Origin: Limisphaerales bacterium
GTDB lineage: Bacteria > Verrucomicrobiota > Verrucomicrobiia > Limisphaerales > JADJPG01
Direction: 5' to 3'
Assembly: GCA_044229355.1 (NCBI GenBank)
Contig: JBGATF010000025.1
Coordinates: 33,930 to 97,929, forward strand
Length of the DNA: 64,000 nucleotides
The notes under the pieces are model-generated. The model had not been told where the DNA came from, did no database searches, and worked only from the letters and a program-made list of their open reading frames with translations. Positions within the stretch are counted from its first letter, which is position 1; every line of letters begins with the position of its first letter. This document shows, piece after piece, positions 19,031 to 28,900 of this stretch. The position numbers and the translations under genes were made by a program.

Positions 19031-20359
19031 ATGACCGCCCCGACCCTGACTGCGGAACCCCCGTCGCGCGTCCGCTGGCACATCGTGGCGCTTCTCATGG
19101 GCCTCTGCTTCATCAGCCATGTCAACCGCACCGCCATGTCCGTCGCCGGCACCGACCGCATCATGGACCAATACGGCGTCGACCCCGTCGCCATGGGCGG
19201 CGTCTACACCGCGTTCCTTTTGATCTACTCGCTCGCAATGATCCCGGGCGGGCTGTTCATCGATCGTTTCGGCGCGCGCCGCGCCTTGCTCCTGGTCGGG
19301 CTGGGCTCCGCCATCTTCGGCGCGTTGACCGGCATCGCCGGCTGGGCGGTGACGACCGGCGCCATGCTGATCCCCGCCTTGTTGATCGTCCGTGGCACCA
19401 TGGGCCTGGTCAGCGCGCCGCTTCACCCGGCCGCCGCCCGCGCCATCGCCACGTGGTTTCCCTTCGCCCAACGAAGCTGGGCCAACGGACTCGTGACCGC
19501 CGCCGCCATCGCCGGCGTGGCCTCCTGCTATCCCGGCTTCGGCTTCCTCGTCCACTACTTCGACTGGCCGGCTGCCTTTCTCATCTGTGCCGGCCTGACC
19601 ACCGCGCTCACCCTCGCCTGGGCCCGTGTGGCCGCTGACGACCCCGCCCGTCACCCCCACGTCAATGCGGCCGAGCGCCACTGGATTCAAGGCGACTCCG
19701 GCCCGGACCCGGCGTCGGCCACCCCACCCGGCCGGCCGACGGCCGCCGTTGAAAGCTGGGCCACCCTCGCGCGAAACCGCAATCTGCTCATGCTGACCTT
19801 CGCTTATGGTGCTGTCGGCTACTTCCAGTATCTCTTCGCCTACTGGATGCAGTATTACCTGGTGAAAGTCCTCCACGTCGACGCCACGCAAAGCAAAGTC
19901 TACGCAAGTGTTCTCCAGGTTGGCCTTGCTCTCGGCATGCCGCTCGGCGGATGGCTCTCCCAACGCCTGACGTCAGCGCTGGGAGTCCGGGCCGGACGCG
20001 CCCTCGTCGCGGGCGGCGGCATGACCCTCAGCGCCGCGCTGTTGGGTGTGGGCGTCCTGACGCACGACCCCGGCTGGATTGTCACCTGGTTTGCGCTGGC
20101 CCATCTTGCCATCGGAGCCAGCGAAGGGCCCGTCTGGGCGACGGCGGTTGACATCGGTCGTCGCCAGGGCGGCACCGCCGCGGCCATCTGCAACACGGGC
20201 GGCAACGTCGGCGGCCTGCTCGCGCCGTCGCTGACCCCTTGGATCTCCACCCATCTCGGCTGGCCCGCCGGCATCGCGCTCGGGGGCGTCATCTGCCTGC
20301 TCGGCGCCCTTTGCTGGTTTTGGATCGACCCCCTGGGACGTCACAAGACCAGCTTGTAG
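19031..20359 (+). CDS. MFS transporter
   Basis: ATG at 19031 (alternative 19016) within ORF 18881..20359. About 12 TM helices. Motifs: LLMGLCFISHVNRTAMSVAG, IDRFGARR. Confidence 0.85.
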   Translation: MTAPTLTAEPPSRVRWHIVALLMGLCFISHVNRTAMSVAGTDRIMDQYGVDPVAMGGVYTAFLLIYSLAMIPGGLFIDRFGARRALLLVGLGSAIFGALTGIAGWAVTTGAMLIPALLIVRGTMGLVSAPLHPAAARAIATWFPFAQRSWANGLVTAAAIAGVASCYPGFGFLVHYFDWPAAFLICAGLTTALTLAWARVAADDPARHPHVNAAERHWIQGDSGPDPASATPPGRPTAAVESWATLARNRNLLMLTFAYGAVGYFQYLFAYWMQYYLVKVLHVDATQSKVYASVLQVGLALGMPLGGWLSQRLTSALGVRAGRALVAGGGMTLSAALLGVGVLTHDPGWIVTWFALAHLAIGASEGPVWATAVDIGRRQGGTAAAICNTGGNVGGLLAPSLTPWISTHLGWPAGIALGGVICLLGALCWFWIDPLGRHKTSL

Positions 20360-21075
20360 CCGACCCCGTGCACCGTCAGCAAATGACGCGGCTGATCCGC
20401 CGGGTCCCCCAGCTTTTTGCGCAGTTGCACGATGACTTGATCCAGGGTTCGCGTGGTCCCGTGGTAGCCGTAGCCCCAAACCTCATTCAGCAGGCGATCC
20501 CGCGACAGCACCTCCCCCGCACAGGTGTGGAACAGCCCGAGCAGCTTCAGCTCCCGCGCCGTCAGCTCCTCCTTCGACCGACCGCGCCGCAGCTCGAACC
20601 GCCGCGGATCAATCGTCGCCGTTCCGATGACGAACGGCTCCGCCATCGACGGCCCCCCCCGCCCGTGGGGCCCGCCCGCCTCGGCCGCCACCTCGGTGGG
20701 GACCCGGCGCAGCAGCGCCTTCAGCCGCGCCACCAGCTCCCGCACCCCAAACGGCTTCGTCATGTAGTCGTCCGCCCCCAGATCCAGCCCAACCACCTTG
20801 TCGATCTCCTGGCCTTTCGCCGTCAGCATCAGGATCGGCGTCCGGATCTTGCGCGCACGAATCTGCCGGCACAGATCAAAGCCGCTCACGCCCGGCAGCA
20901 TCACGTCCAACAGAATCAACGCCGGCTGAACCTGCGCCAGCTGTTCCAACGCCCGATCGCCTCGCGTGCAGGTGACGACGTCATAACCCTCGCTCCGCAG
21001 AACCTCCTCCAGCCCCAGCAAAATGTGCGGGTCATCCTCGACCACGAGTATTTTCAACGTCGGTTTTGGGCTCAT
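20341..21075 (-). CDS. OmpR/PhoB-family response regulator
   Basis: REC domain (KILVVEDD...LILLDVMLPGVSG...LTAKG) plus a winged-helix output (LTARELKLLGLF...TVHGVGYKL). Has an unusually long Gly/Pro linker. Confidence 0.9.
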   Translation of the reverse strand: MSPKPTLKILVVEDDPHILLGLEEVLRSEGYDVVTCTRGDRALEQLAQVQPALILLDVMLPGVSGFDLCRQIRARKIRTPILMLTAKGQEIDKVVGLDLGADDYMTKPFGVRELVARLKALLRRVPTEVAAEAGGPHGRGGPSMAEPFVIGTATIDPRRFELRRGRSKEELTARELKLLGLFHTCAGEVLSRDRLLNEVWGYGYHGTTRTLDQVIVQLRKKLGDPADQPRHLLTVHGVGYKLVL

Positions 21076-21083
21076 GCTCGTGC

Positions 21084-23003
21084 TCAGGTGCGCGTGGGCA
21101 AGACAAGGGTGAAACAGCTGCCGCCGCCGTCGCGGGGCGCATAGGTGACCGTTCCGCAGTGAGCGAGGGCGATCTGGCGCGCCAGCGTCAGCCCCAGGCC
21201 CGAGCCCTGCACGCCTTCCGCCAGCGAGTCGTGGGCCCGGTAGAACTGCTCAAAGATTTTCTCCTCACAGCCCGCGGGCACGCCCCGGCCGCGATCGCAA
21301 ACCGACACCTCCGCCCGATCGTCGTGCCCCTCTGCCCGCACCACGACGTCGATCTCCTTCCGCTCCGCCGAATACTTCTCGGCATTGGCCAGCAGGTTGA
21401 CCAACACCTGCGCCAGCGCGTCCCGGTCCCCCCGAACCTGCGTCGCGCCGCCCGCCGGCCCGCCCCTCTCCACCCGGCAGTTCAGCGTGAAGCCCTCGCT
21501 CTCCAGATGCGGCCGGTAAAGCTCGACCGTCTCCTTCACCAACGCCGCGAGGTCGACCGGCGCAAATTGATAGGTCTTGTCCCCCCGCTCCAGCCGCGCA
21601 AAATCCAGCACGTTGTTGATCAGCCGGGTCAGGCGCGCCGCCTCCGTCGTGATGATCCCCAGAAACTGCCGCCGCTTCCCTTCGTCGAGCACCCGCCCTT
21701 CCGCCAGCATCTCCGAGAACATCCGGATCGAAGTGAGCGGCGTCTTGAGCTCGTGCGAGACGTTGCTGACAAAGTCGGTCTTTTGTCGCGCCAGCGTCAG
21801 CTGTCGCTGCAGATCCACGACGATCAGCCAGCTGCCGATGGCGATGGCGAGAACGAGCACGCCGATGAGCAGGCCGACCGTCAGGCGCGTCGAGGCGATC
21901 GACCGATCCAGGCGCTGGGAGTCCACCAAATACGCCGCCACCTCCCAATGCGGCAACACCTCGCCAATCTCGGTCGCCACATACGGATGTTTCCAAAATG
22001 CCCCGGCGGACGCCCGGTCCGGGATCGCATTGGCCGTTGCGCTCCCCGCGATCGCGCCGTAAATCGGGCCGCTCCGCGGCGCGTTCGACGCCTCCAGTTC
22101 CAGGCCGAACGTTGGCACCTGGATCGCCGCCCCGGCCACCGTCGGCAGCACTCCGTTGCGCGCGGGAGGCGGATTCGTCTGGCCCACAAACCGCGTCCCC
22201 GGAAACACCACCGGCTGCCCTGCCGCGTTGATCAAGGCGACTTCGATCTGCTCGCCCAGCGGCGCCTCCAGATGCAAGGCGTCGCGCACGCGCTCGACCA
22301 GACGCGGCAGGCTCACGCGCGCGCCGAAAACCAGCGGCCGATCGAGCTGCGGCCGGTACCAGAACAGGACATTCAATTGATCCTGAAGAAACCGCGCCAC
22401 CGTTCCGGACTTGCCTTGCCGCACAATCTGCCGGAATGCGGTCACCTCCGGCGCGCTCTTCGACTCGCCCGGATCCGCCGCGGCCGTGGCCACGTCCTTC
22501 GTCGGAGACACGATGCGGGCAGCCTTGCTCTTCGCTGTCATCTCCGCGGGCGGCGCGGCCGCGTCAGGCCCGGCTTTCGTCCCGCCCCAATAAACTTCGA
22601 GCGGCTGCCGGCTGCACAGGAAGCGGATGTACTCCGTGCGGAACTGCGCGCCCTCCGGCCCTTCCATCATCGACGGCGAGATCAAATCGCCATCCAGCGC
22701 CACCGCGAAGCCGACTTCCGCCAACGGCCACTGCCGGCGCAGGTCCCGATCGAAGCGCAAGGCCACCAGAGTCGACTTGTCCGCGCGCAGCAGCGTGTCC
22801 ACCTCCGCCTCAAACTCCGCGCGCAGCTCGTCCACCGACGCCCGAACCCGCGCCGCGACCGCCTCGACTGCGCCCTGGTAAAGCAGGGTCTGCTGCCGCT
22901 CCAGCACCGCCGCCTGATCGCGGAGCGATCCCACCGCCAGCCAGGCCAGCACCAGGCTCGGCAGGATCACCGCCACCACGAAAACCAGGGCGACCTTCCG
23001 CAT
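21084..23003 (-). CDS. Sensor histidine kinase with a large periplasmic domain
   Basis: Two TM helices flank a ~330-aa periplasmic region. H-box FVSNVSHELKTPLTSI, N-box LVNLLANAEKYS, G-box GSGLGLTLAR. Its stop is 8 nt upstream of the response regulator gene. Confidence 0.85.
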   Translation of the reverse strand: MRKVALVFVVAVILPSLVLAWLAVGSLRDQAAVLERQQTLLYQGAVEAVAARVRASVDELRAEFEAEVDTLLRADKSTLVALRFDRDLRRQWPLAEVGFAVALDGDLISPSMMEGPEGAQFRTEYIRFLCSRQPLEVYWGGTKAGPDAAAPPAEMTAKSKAARIVSPTKDVATAAADPGESKSAPEVTAFRQIVRQGKSGTVARFLQDQLNVLFWYRPQLDRPLVFGARVSLPRLVERVRDALHLEAPLGEQIEVALINAAGQPVVFPGTRFVGQTNPPPARNGVLPTVAGAAIQVPTFGLELEASNAPRSGPIYGAIAGSATANAIPDRASAGAFWKHPYVATEIGEVLPHWEVAAYLVDSQRLDRSIASTRLTVGLLIGVLVLAIAIGSWLIVVDLQRQLTLARQKTDFVSNVSHELKTPLTSIRMFSEMLAEGRVLDEGKRRQFLGIITTEAARLTRLINNVLDFARLERGDKTYQFAPVDLAALVKETVELYRPHLESEGFTLNCRVERGGPAGGATQVRGDRDALAQVLVNLLANAEKYSAERKEIDVVVRAEGHDDRAEVSVCDRGRGVPAGCEEKIFEQFYRAHDSLAEGVQGSGLGLTLARQIALAHCGTVTYAPRDGGGSCFTLVLPTRT

Positions 23004-23052
23004 AACCCAATCATTACCGGCCTCGACCCAAAACCGTCGAGCCCCGACTCCT

Positions 23053-24357
23053 TCATTTCGCCGCCAGCCGCCCGGGGCTGCCGGCCGCCTTCCGCATCGT
23101 TTCCACCACCGCCGCCGCCGCTGCCATCAAGGCTTGGTCACCCGGATTTCGACCCGTGACCAGACGCGCGGCCGGTTCGAGAAAACGCCCCAGCTGCAGA
23201 TGGCGCACGGCCTCGAGAGACCGGGCTTTGCCGGCCTCGTCGCCCTGGCTGTAGCGAACCAATTCCCGCTGGAGATCGCTTTGCATGGACGGAGTGATCA
23301 GCTCGGCCCGCCCCACCATGACCCGTTTCACCTGGGCCGCCTTCGGCTCCAGGCTCAAGGGCAGCGTCCGATCCGTCCACGCCTCCGGCAACAGATACAA
23401 CACCCGCAGCCCACGCTCGCCGAACCATGAGTCGTCCCACGTCCTGACCATCGCCCGCGCCTCCGCCGCATACAGGCCGGCTTCCACCAGAGACGCAGCC
23501 AGCGCCTCACCCAGACGCCCGCGCACCGCGGTCACCGGCGCGAATGCAACCGCCTGATCCAGGCTCACCCCGGCGCCGGCGCCAGCCGCCAGCCGATCCA
23601 CTTTCACAAAGCGCGCCTCGTCTCCCCGCACTTCGTAAACATAAAAATCCCGCAGCTCCTCGGCGCCCCGGTTTTGCAGTTTCAGCTCCACGCCGCCGGC
23701 CGCAGATTGGGTCACCGTCAACGGCGCCCTAAAATTCCCCACCCCCCGATAAAACAGGAATTTTTCGGTCTCGCCGTTGACCCGCAGGATGTCCGCCTCC
23801 GTTTCTCTCGCGGCGTAGTAATGGCTCGGCTTTGTCGCGATCCGGGGAACCTGGTCGCCGACCCGGACCTGACCGCTGGCCGGCGCCGGCACGCTTGCGC
23901 TCACCTGTACGGAGTCCCAGCGCAAACTCTTTGGGCCAAAGACGTCCTCCGCCGATGCCGGCACCGCGAAGTTCGCCTGGGGATACCACTCCGTCATCGT
24001 CCCCTGCGGGAACTTCACCTGAACGTTGAGCGTCAGGTCCGCATCGGCATAAAAGTAGATCACCGGCGTCTCCATCCGTTGCAGCGACATCGCGGTGGCT
24101 TTGCTGACCAGGGCCACTCGCGCCAGGTCGATGTTCGTCCGCCCGGATTTCGGCCAGTTATGAACAAAGTCCGGCAGGTCCGAGGTCACCAACGGATTCC
24201 AGGACAGTTGCACGCCGTCGGCGCCCTGCACCGAAGTGAACGTGCCCCACTCGTGGGCGACATAGTTGGGCGCCGCCCCCAGGTTCCCCGACAGACCAAC
24301 ACCGGCCGCACACAAAAGGGCGGCCCCGAATTTGCACACCATCGATTTGGTTTTCAT
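23053..24357 (-). CDS. Secreted protein of unknown function
   Basis: Signal peptide MKTKSMVCKFGAALLCAAGVGLSGNLGAA. Strong GC3 bias. No family recognised. Its stop is 49 nt upstream of the kinase gene start. Confidence 0.6.
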   Translation of the reverse strand: MKTKSMVCKFGAALLCAAGVGLSGNLGAAPNYVAHEWGTFTSVQGADGVQLSWNPLVTSDLPDFVHNWPKSGRTNIDLARVALVSKATAMSLQRMETPVIYFYADADLTLNVQVKFPQGTMTEWYPQANFAVPASAEDVFGPKSLRWDSVQVSASVPAPASGQVRVGDQVPRIATKPSHYYAARETEADILRVNGETEKFLFYRGVGNFRAPLTVTQSAAGGVELKLQNRGAEELRDFYVYEVRGDEARFVKVDRLAAGAGAGVSLDQAVAFAPVTAVRGRLGEALAASLVEAGLYAAEARAMVRTWDDSWFGERGLRVLYLLPEAWTDRTLPLSLEPKAAQVKRVMVGRAELITPSMQSDLQRELVRYSQGDEAGKARSLEAVRHLQLGRFLEPAARLVTGRNPGDQALMAAAAAVVETMRKAAGSPGRLAAK

Positions 24358-24601
24358 ACGCCCTCATTCCACACCAAATCGACGGCGAAGTTGTCAGCCG
24401 GCTGTCAGTCGTTTGTAAAAGTTTTGTCAGAAGGGCTATCCGGAACGATTCCGTGGGACGGCGGACGGTTGCGCCACGGATTCTTGCGAAGGCCCAGGCG
24501 TGAGGAGCGAGCGAACTAGGATGAAATACGCAAGCAACGAACAGCGAAGTCCTTCGCAAGGAGATCCAGCAAACGGCAGTCGGCCAATGGAATCGTTCCC
24601 G

Positions 24602-25621
24602 CTAAGGCGAGAGCAGGCGGGTTCGATAGTAATGCACGCCGGCGCAACCAGTGCCCTTGTCGTAAACCGTCATTGGTCCGCCGATCCCGACAAAATCCTC
24701 CGCCCCGCTCACGGGGAGCCACGTGACAAAGTCGGCCGACCGTTCCAGGGAATAATGTCTGCCCGCCACCGTGTGGACAACCAGCGCCGTATCCAGGCGG
24801 ATCTCGGCGACTCGTGCCTCGGTGATCGTCGCGAGCCCCGTGGCCTTGCGAATGCCGGCGTTGACAGCTCGACTCAGGACGACCGAGAAAGTCTCATCCG
24901 CTTCGGGCGCCGCGTCGGGTTTCAATTGGACGGAGATGGATCGGGACGTCACGCCCGGCGGGAACTCGAGAGTTCCGCTCACCGGCTCGTAGTCCTGGCC
25001 GGCCACGGCCGTACCGTCTTGCGTTGCGAAGTCGACCGTGACGGTATCCGGGCAGGCACCACCCAGGGTGACCTGAAAGACCGCCTGGGCAACGCCATTG
25101 CTGCCTTCCGCAACCGTGATGTCCCGGATGGCCAGACCACCGCTCACCACAATCAAGGGACGAAACCGGGCGGGATGGGAACTGGTGCTCATTTGCCAAA
25201 TCACAGTCGCCGGATCGCCAAATGCCAGAGTCACCGGTCGGATATCGGTTTCCCCAAATGCCGCCCCCGCAGCTCGCGCCGCCTCCCAGTCGCGACCATA
25301 CTCCGCCGCCCAACCTCGAATCTGCATTGAAACCGTCTCGCCTCCGCTGAAACCAAAGATCGGATAAGGCCTGGGCGCTTCAATGATCCCGGGCGTGACC
25401 GTCGACGACCAGCCGAGCTGACTCGAGACCAGGACGCCGTTCACGAAGGCGCCGTAGACCAACGACACCGATGTCGGGACCGGAACGGTCGAGCCATCCT
25501 TGGCGTTTTGCAGGAATGCGGGATAAAGCGACGCGTTGTTCAGCGTGATCCATCCCTGCGCGAACGCTGCCGAGGCCTGCGCCAACCAGCAGCAACCGGC
25601 GACTATCATTCGGTATTTCAT
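24602..25621 (-). CDS. Secreted Calx-beta domain protein
   Basis: ATG at 25621 gives the signal peptide MKYRMIVAGCCWLAQASAAFA. Calx-beta motif: FATQDGTAVAGQDYEPVSGTLEFPPGVTSRSISVQL...DETFSVVLS. Carries the shared C-terminal module. Confidence 0.75.
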   Translation of the reverse strand: MKYRMIVAGCCWLAQASAAFAQGWITLNNASLYPAFLQNAKDGSTVPVPTSVSLVYGAFVNGVLVSSQLGWSSTVTPGIIEAPRPYPIFGFSGGETVSMQIRGWAAEYGRDWEAARAAGAAFGETDIRPVTLAFGDPATVIWQMSTSSHPARFRPLIVVSGGLAIRDITVAEGSNGVAQAVFQVTLGGACPDTVTVDFATQDGTAVAGQDYEPVSGTLEFPPGVTSRSISVQLKPDAAPEADETFSVVLSRAVNAGIRKATGLATITEARVAEIRLDTALVVHTVAGRHYSLERSADFVTWLPVSGAEDFVGIGGPMTVYDKGTGCAGVHYYRTRLLSP

Positions 25622-25918
25622 GGTAATGCCCCTTGTCTTGTTTTTTCTCACCGCAGCCAAATTCACGAGCCAATGCCGTCCGGCCAACCAGCCCACATCA
25701 TGGCGTTCGCCGACGCGCCGGTCAACGCCCGGTCCCGCCAGGACCAATCCCGGAACAGGACCGCGCGCAGGTGTGGCCGGCCGGGACCGTCGCCACTGGA
25801 CGCCACGCCACGCCACGCGACGCCACGTCACGTCATTTCCCTAAACCGGCACCCCGACGACTTCAGCGATCGGCCGCCGCCATCGGATTGACGCCCATCC
25901 TGGCCGCCCGAGCACGCG

Positions 25919-28900
25919 TCACGGCGTCGACCAGACGCGATAAAACCGCTGCGGTTGACCAGTCGCTTCCGGATCAGAGAACGTCAACTCGCCATTGCGG
26001 CTCGCGACCACGTCCACGGCGGTCCAGGTCTTTAGGTCCGATGACGCTTCGACCACGTAACTGGCGTCGTTCCCGACCTGCAGACTGAAGCGGCCGGACG
26101 CATCGCGCCGGATCTGGGCCAGTCGAAGCGCCGGGACGCTTGCTCCCGTGAATTGAGTCAACTGAACCGGAGTGATTTCCAGAAAGCAGATCTTGTTGTT
26201 GCTGGCACCCGTGCCATTGCTCACGGTCAGACGTCCGTCTGTCACGGTGACGGTGTTGGTCCCGGTCATCCATCGGGTGGACGTGGTGGGCGTCCCGGCG
26301 ATGGTCAGCAGACCCTCGACGTTGATTCGATAAACGCTGTCAAATGCCGTGGCGTCGCCGGACACACCCCAGACCCGATACGTGCCGTTCGGCAGGCCAA
26401 TCTCCCACGTCTGGGCACCGCCGGTCCGTTGCATATGAGTCAGCGTGTCGTAACGCTGATCGGGCGAACGGGTCGAGTTTCGATCCCGGGTGGAGGCGGT
26501 GTTGGTCGAGTTCCAGCCGTAGGCGAAGCCATTGCCGCGATTGCCGAAGACCGCCCCGACATCGGCCAGGTAACCGGCGGGCACCGTCGATCCGGAAGGT
26601 TGGAAGTTGATCTTCACCACCGGAGTTGAGGAGGTTACGGCCAGCGAGCCGGCCACATGGGTGATGACATAGTTGGCGTCGGCTGCCCCACTGGCGGTAA
26701 TGGGATAAGTGCCCACCGGGCTGCTCGCGGTCGCGGTGGTGGCCAATTTCACCGGCGCGTCGAGCACGGCTGCAGTGTCACCATTGACAAGCCCCACATA
26801 CGTGGCCGTCAACGCCGGCAAGGCCGCACCGTAAAGCTTCGCCTTGTTTTGCGCCCGGACGGTCAGGGGGGCGCGGAGCACATCGATCGTCACCGAGCCG
26901 GTCACTGCCAGAAAGGTTGCGAGATCGGTCGGGGTAAACACCACCGTCAGCACCCGCCCGGTTCCCGCATTAAGCACTGCACCGGCACCGGGCGTATAAA
27001 CGAACGACCCGGGCGCCGAAGCCGTCGCATTCAGCTGCAGCCCGCTCAATGGCGTGCCATAGGTCACGGCCGCAGGGCGGCTCCAACCGAGAACCGGTGG
27101 CGTCCGCACCGCGTCGCTGTCATCCAGCTGCCGGAGATACGCGCCAAGGTTGGCGAGATCGACGGAAGTCAACGCCACACCGCGGTGGGCCACAATGGCG
27201 TCCTCAACGGTGGCCGCCGAGCCGTCGTGAAGATAAGGGCCCGTGGCGTACACGCCGAGCAAGGTAGGCGTGTCCAGACCGGTCAAGGGACCGCCCAACC
27301 GCCCGCCGCTGCTGGGTTTGATCGTTCCCACGTCGCGGAACACTCCGAGCGCGCTATCCGTAAAGCGCGTCCCGGCGTGGCACTGGGCGCAATTCAATTG
27401 CTGGAAGAGAGAACGTCCCGCCAGCGCCGCTGCCGTGAGAGTGCCGTCGGGATTGCGTTCGGGACTGAATCCGTGAGCGGTCAACGAGCTCACGTAGGCC
27501 GCCAGCGCATCGAGATCACGGCTGAGACCCGCCTTGCGGTCCCCCAGGGCAGTGGCCCGGGTGCCCGCATGGAAATCGGCGTCGTTCATCAGGCCCGTTC
27601 CGCGCGCAAAGTCGCGGATCTGCCCTTCAAAATCCTGCACTTCATCAAAATTGCCGGTCCAATGGAGCGGCCCGTGCGCCGTGCCGCCATGCCCGCGCAG
27701 GGTGATGGTGTTCCGCAAACCTTCGCCGAACTGGGTGAAATCCCAGACGCGCCCGTCCTGGCCGCCATCGTTGTGGCAGCTCGCACAGCTGATGTATTGC
27801 TGGAACGCCACCCGCGTGTCGCGCGTGTCGTAGAACAGTTGCTTGCCGAGCAAAACGTCGGGCGAAAGTTGTTCGGTCGCGACGCAATTCAACGTGACCG
27901 GTGGAGGCGGAGGCGTCCCCGCCCCGGCCGCCAGCGCGCTGACATCGTGGATCGTCACGGTCCGATCCATGAAGTTGTGCACAAACAGCGTCCGTCCATC
28001 CGGCGCGAGGACCAGCCCCTGCGGCGCCCGCCCCGCGTCGAAGCGCAGGATCTCCTGCCCGGCCCATGCGTCCGCCACCGCCACCTCCCGGCTGCCCTCC
28101 AACGCGGTGAACAAAAAGTTGCCCTGCGGATCGAAGGCCGACGCGCTCGCCATGCCCGCGTTGTCGAAATCAACCCGGCGGCCGAGATCCTCCGTCTGCG
28201 TCGCCAGGATCAGCCGCGACGCGATGCTCCGCATGGCCATGTCATGCGTCAGTTCACCGCCGTTGCGGAGACGCCCCCGCTTGATGTTGTCCTGCTTCGA
28301 CGGCACCCAGGCGGAGAGACCGTCCGGAGAAATCGCCGCGGCGCCCAAATAATTGGGAATGCCCTGGGCGGAGTTCGACGTATCCGCCACCTCGCTGTGT
28401 TCCAGGATGCCGGTGGCCAGAAGCGTCATGGCCGTCGCGTCGATCATCAGGACCTCGCCGCCATGCTTCACGCCCGCCACTGTCGTGTCCACGATCGCGG
28501 TGTCTTCGCCCGGCAGACGGGGTGTCACGAATCGCGTGGCCAGCACCCGCGTGCCATCGGCCGTCACGGAGACATGGCGGACGTGCGGGCCGACAGTCGT
28601 GGCGCCGATCACCGCACCGCCGACAGGATTCAGCTTGAGCACCTGGCCGCCATGCTCCAGGGCCACATAGAGGCTCGTCCCGGCGGGATCGAAAACCACG
28701 CCATGCGGTCGCGATCCCCGCGGCAGCGCCACCGTTTGCGCCACGCTCAAGTCGCCGCGCAGCACGGTGAGCGTGGACGATTCCGTGTTCGCAACCCACA
28801 CCCGTCCGTCAACCCCCATTGTCAGAGTGCGCGGCGCCCGGCCAACTTTGACTTCTGCCAGCCTCGCCCGCGTGACCGCATCGAACACCGTCACGCTGTC

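Noticed and set aside
24546-24559. Hairpin gcgaag-tc-cttcgc downstream of the Calx-beta gene as a terminator.
   Set aside because: A 6-bp stem with a 2-nt loop is sterically implausible, and no U-tract follows.
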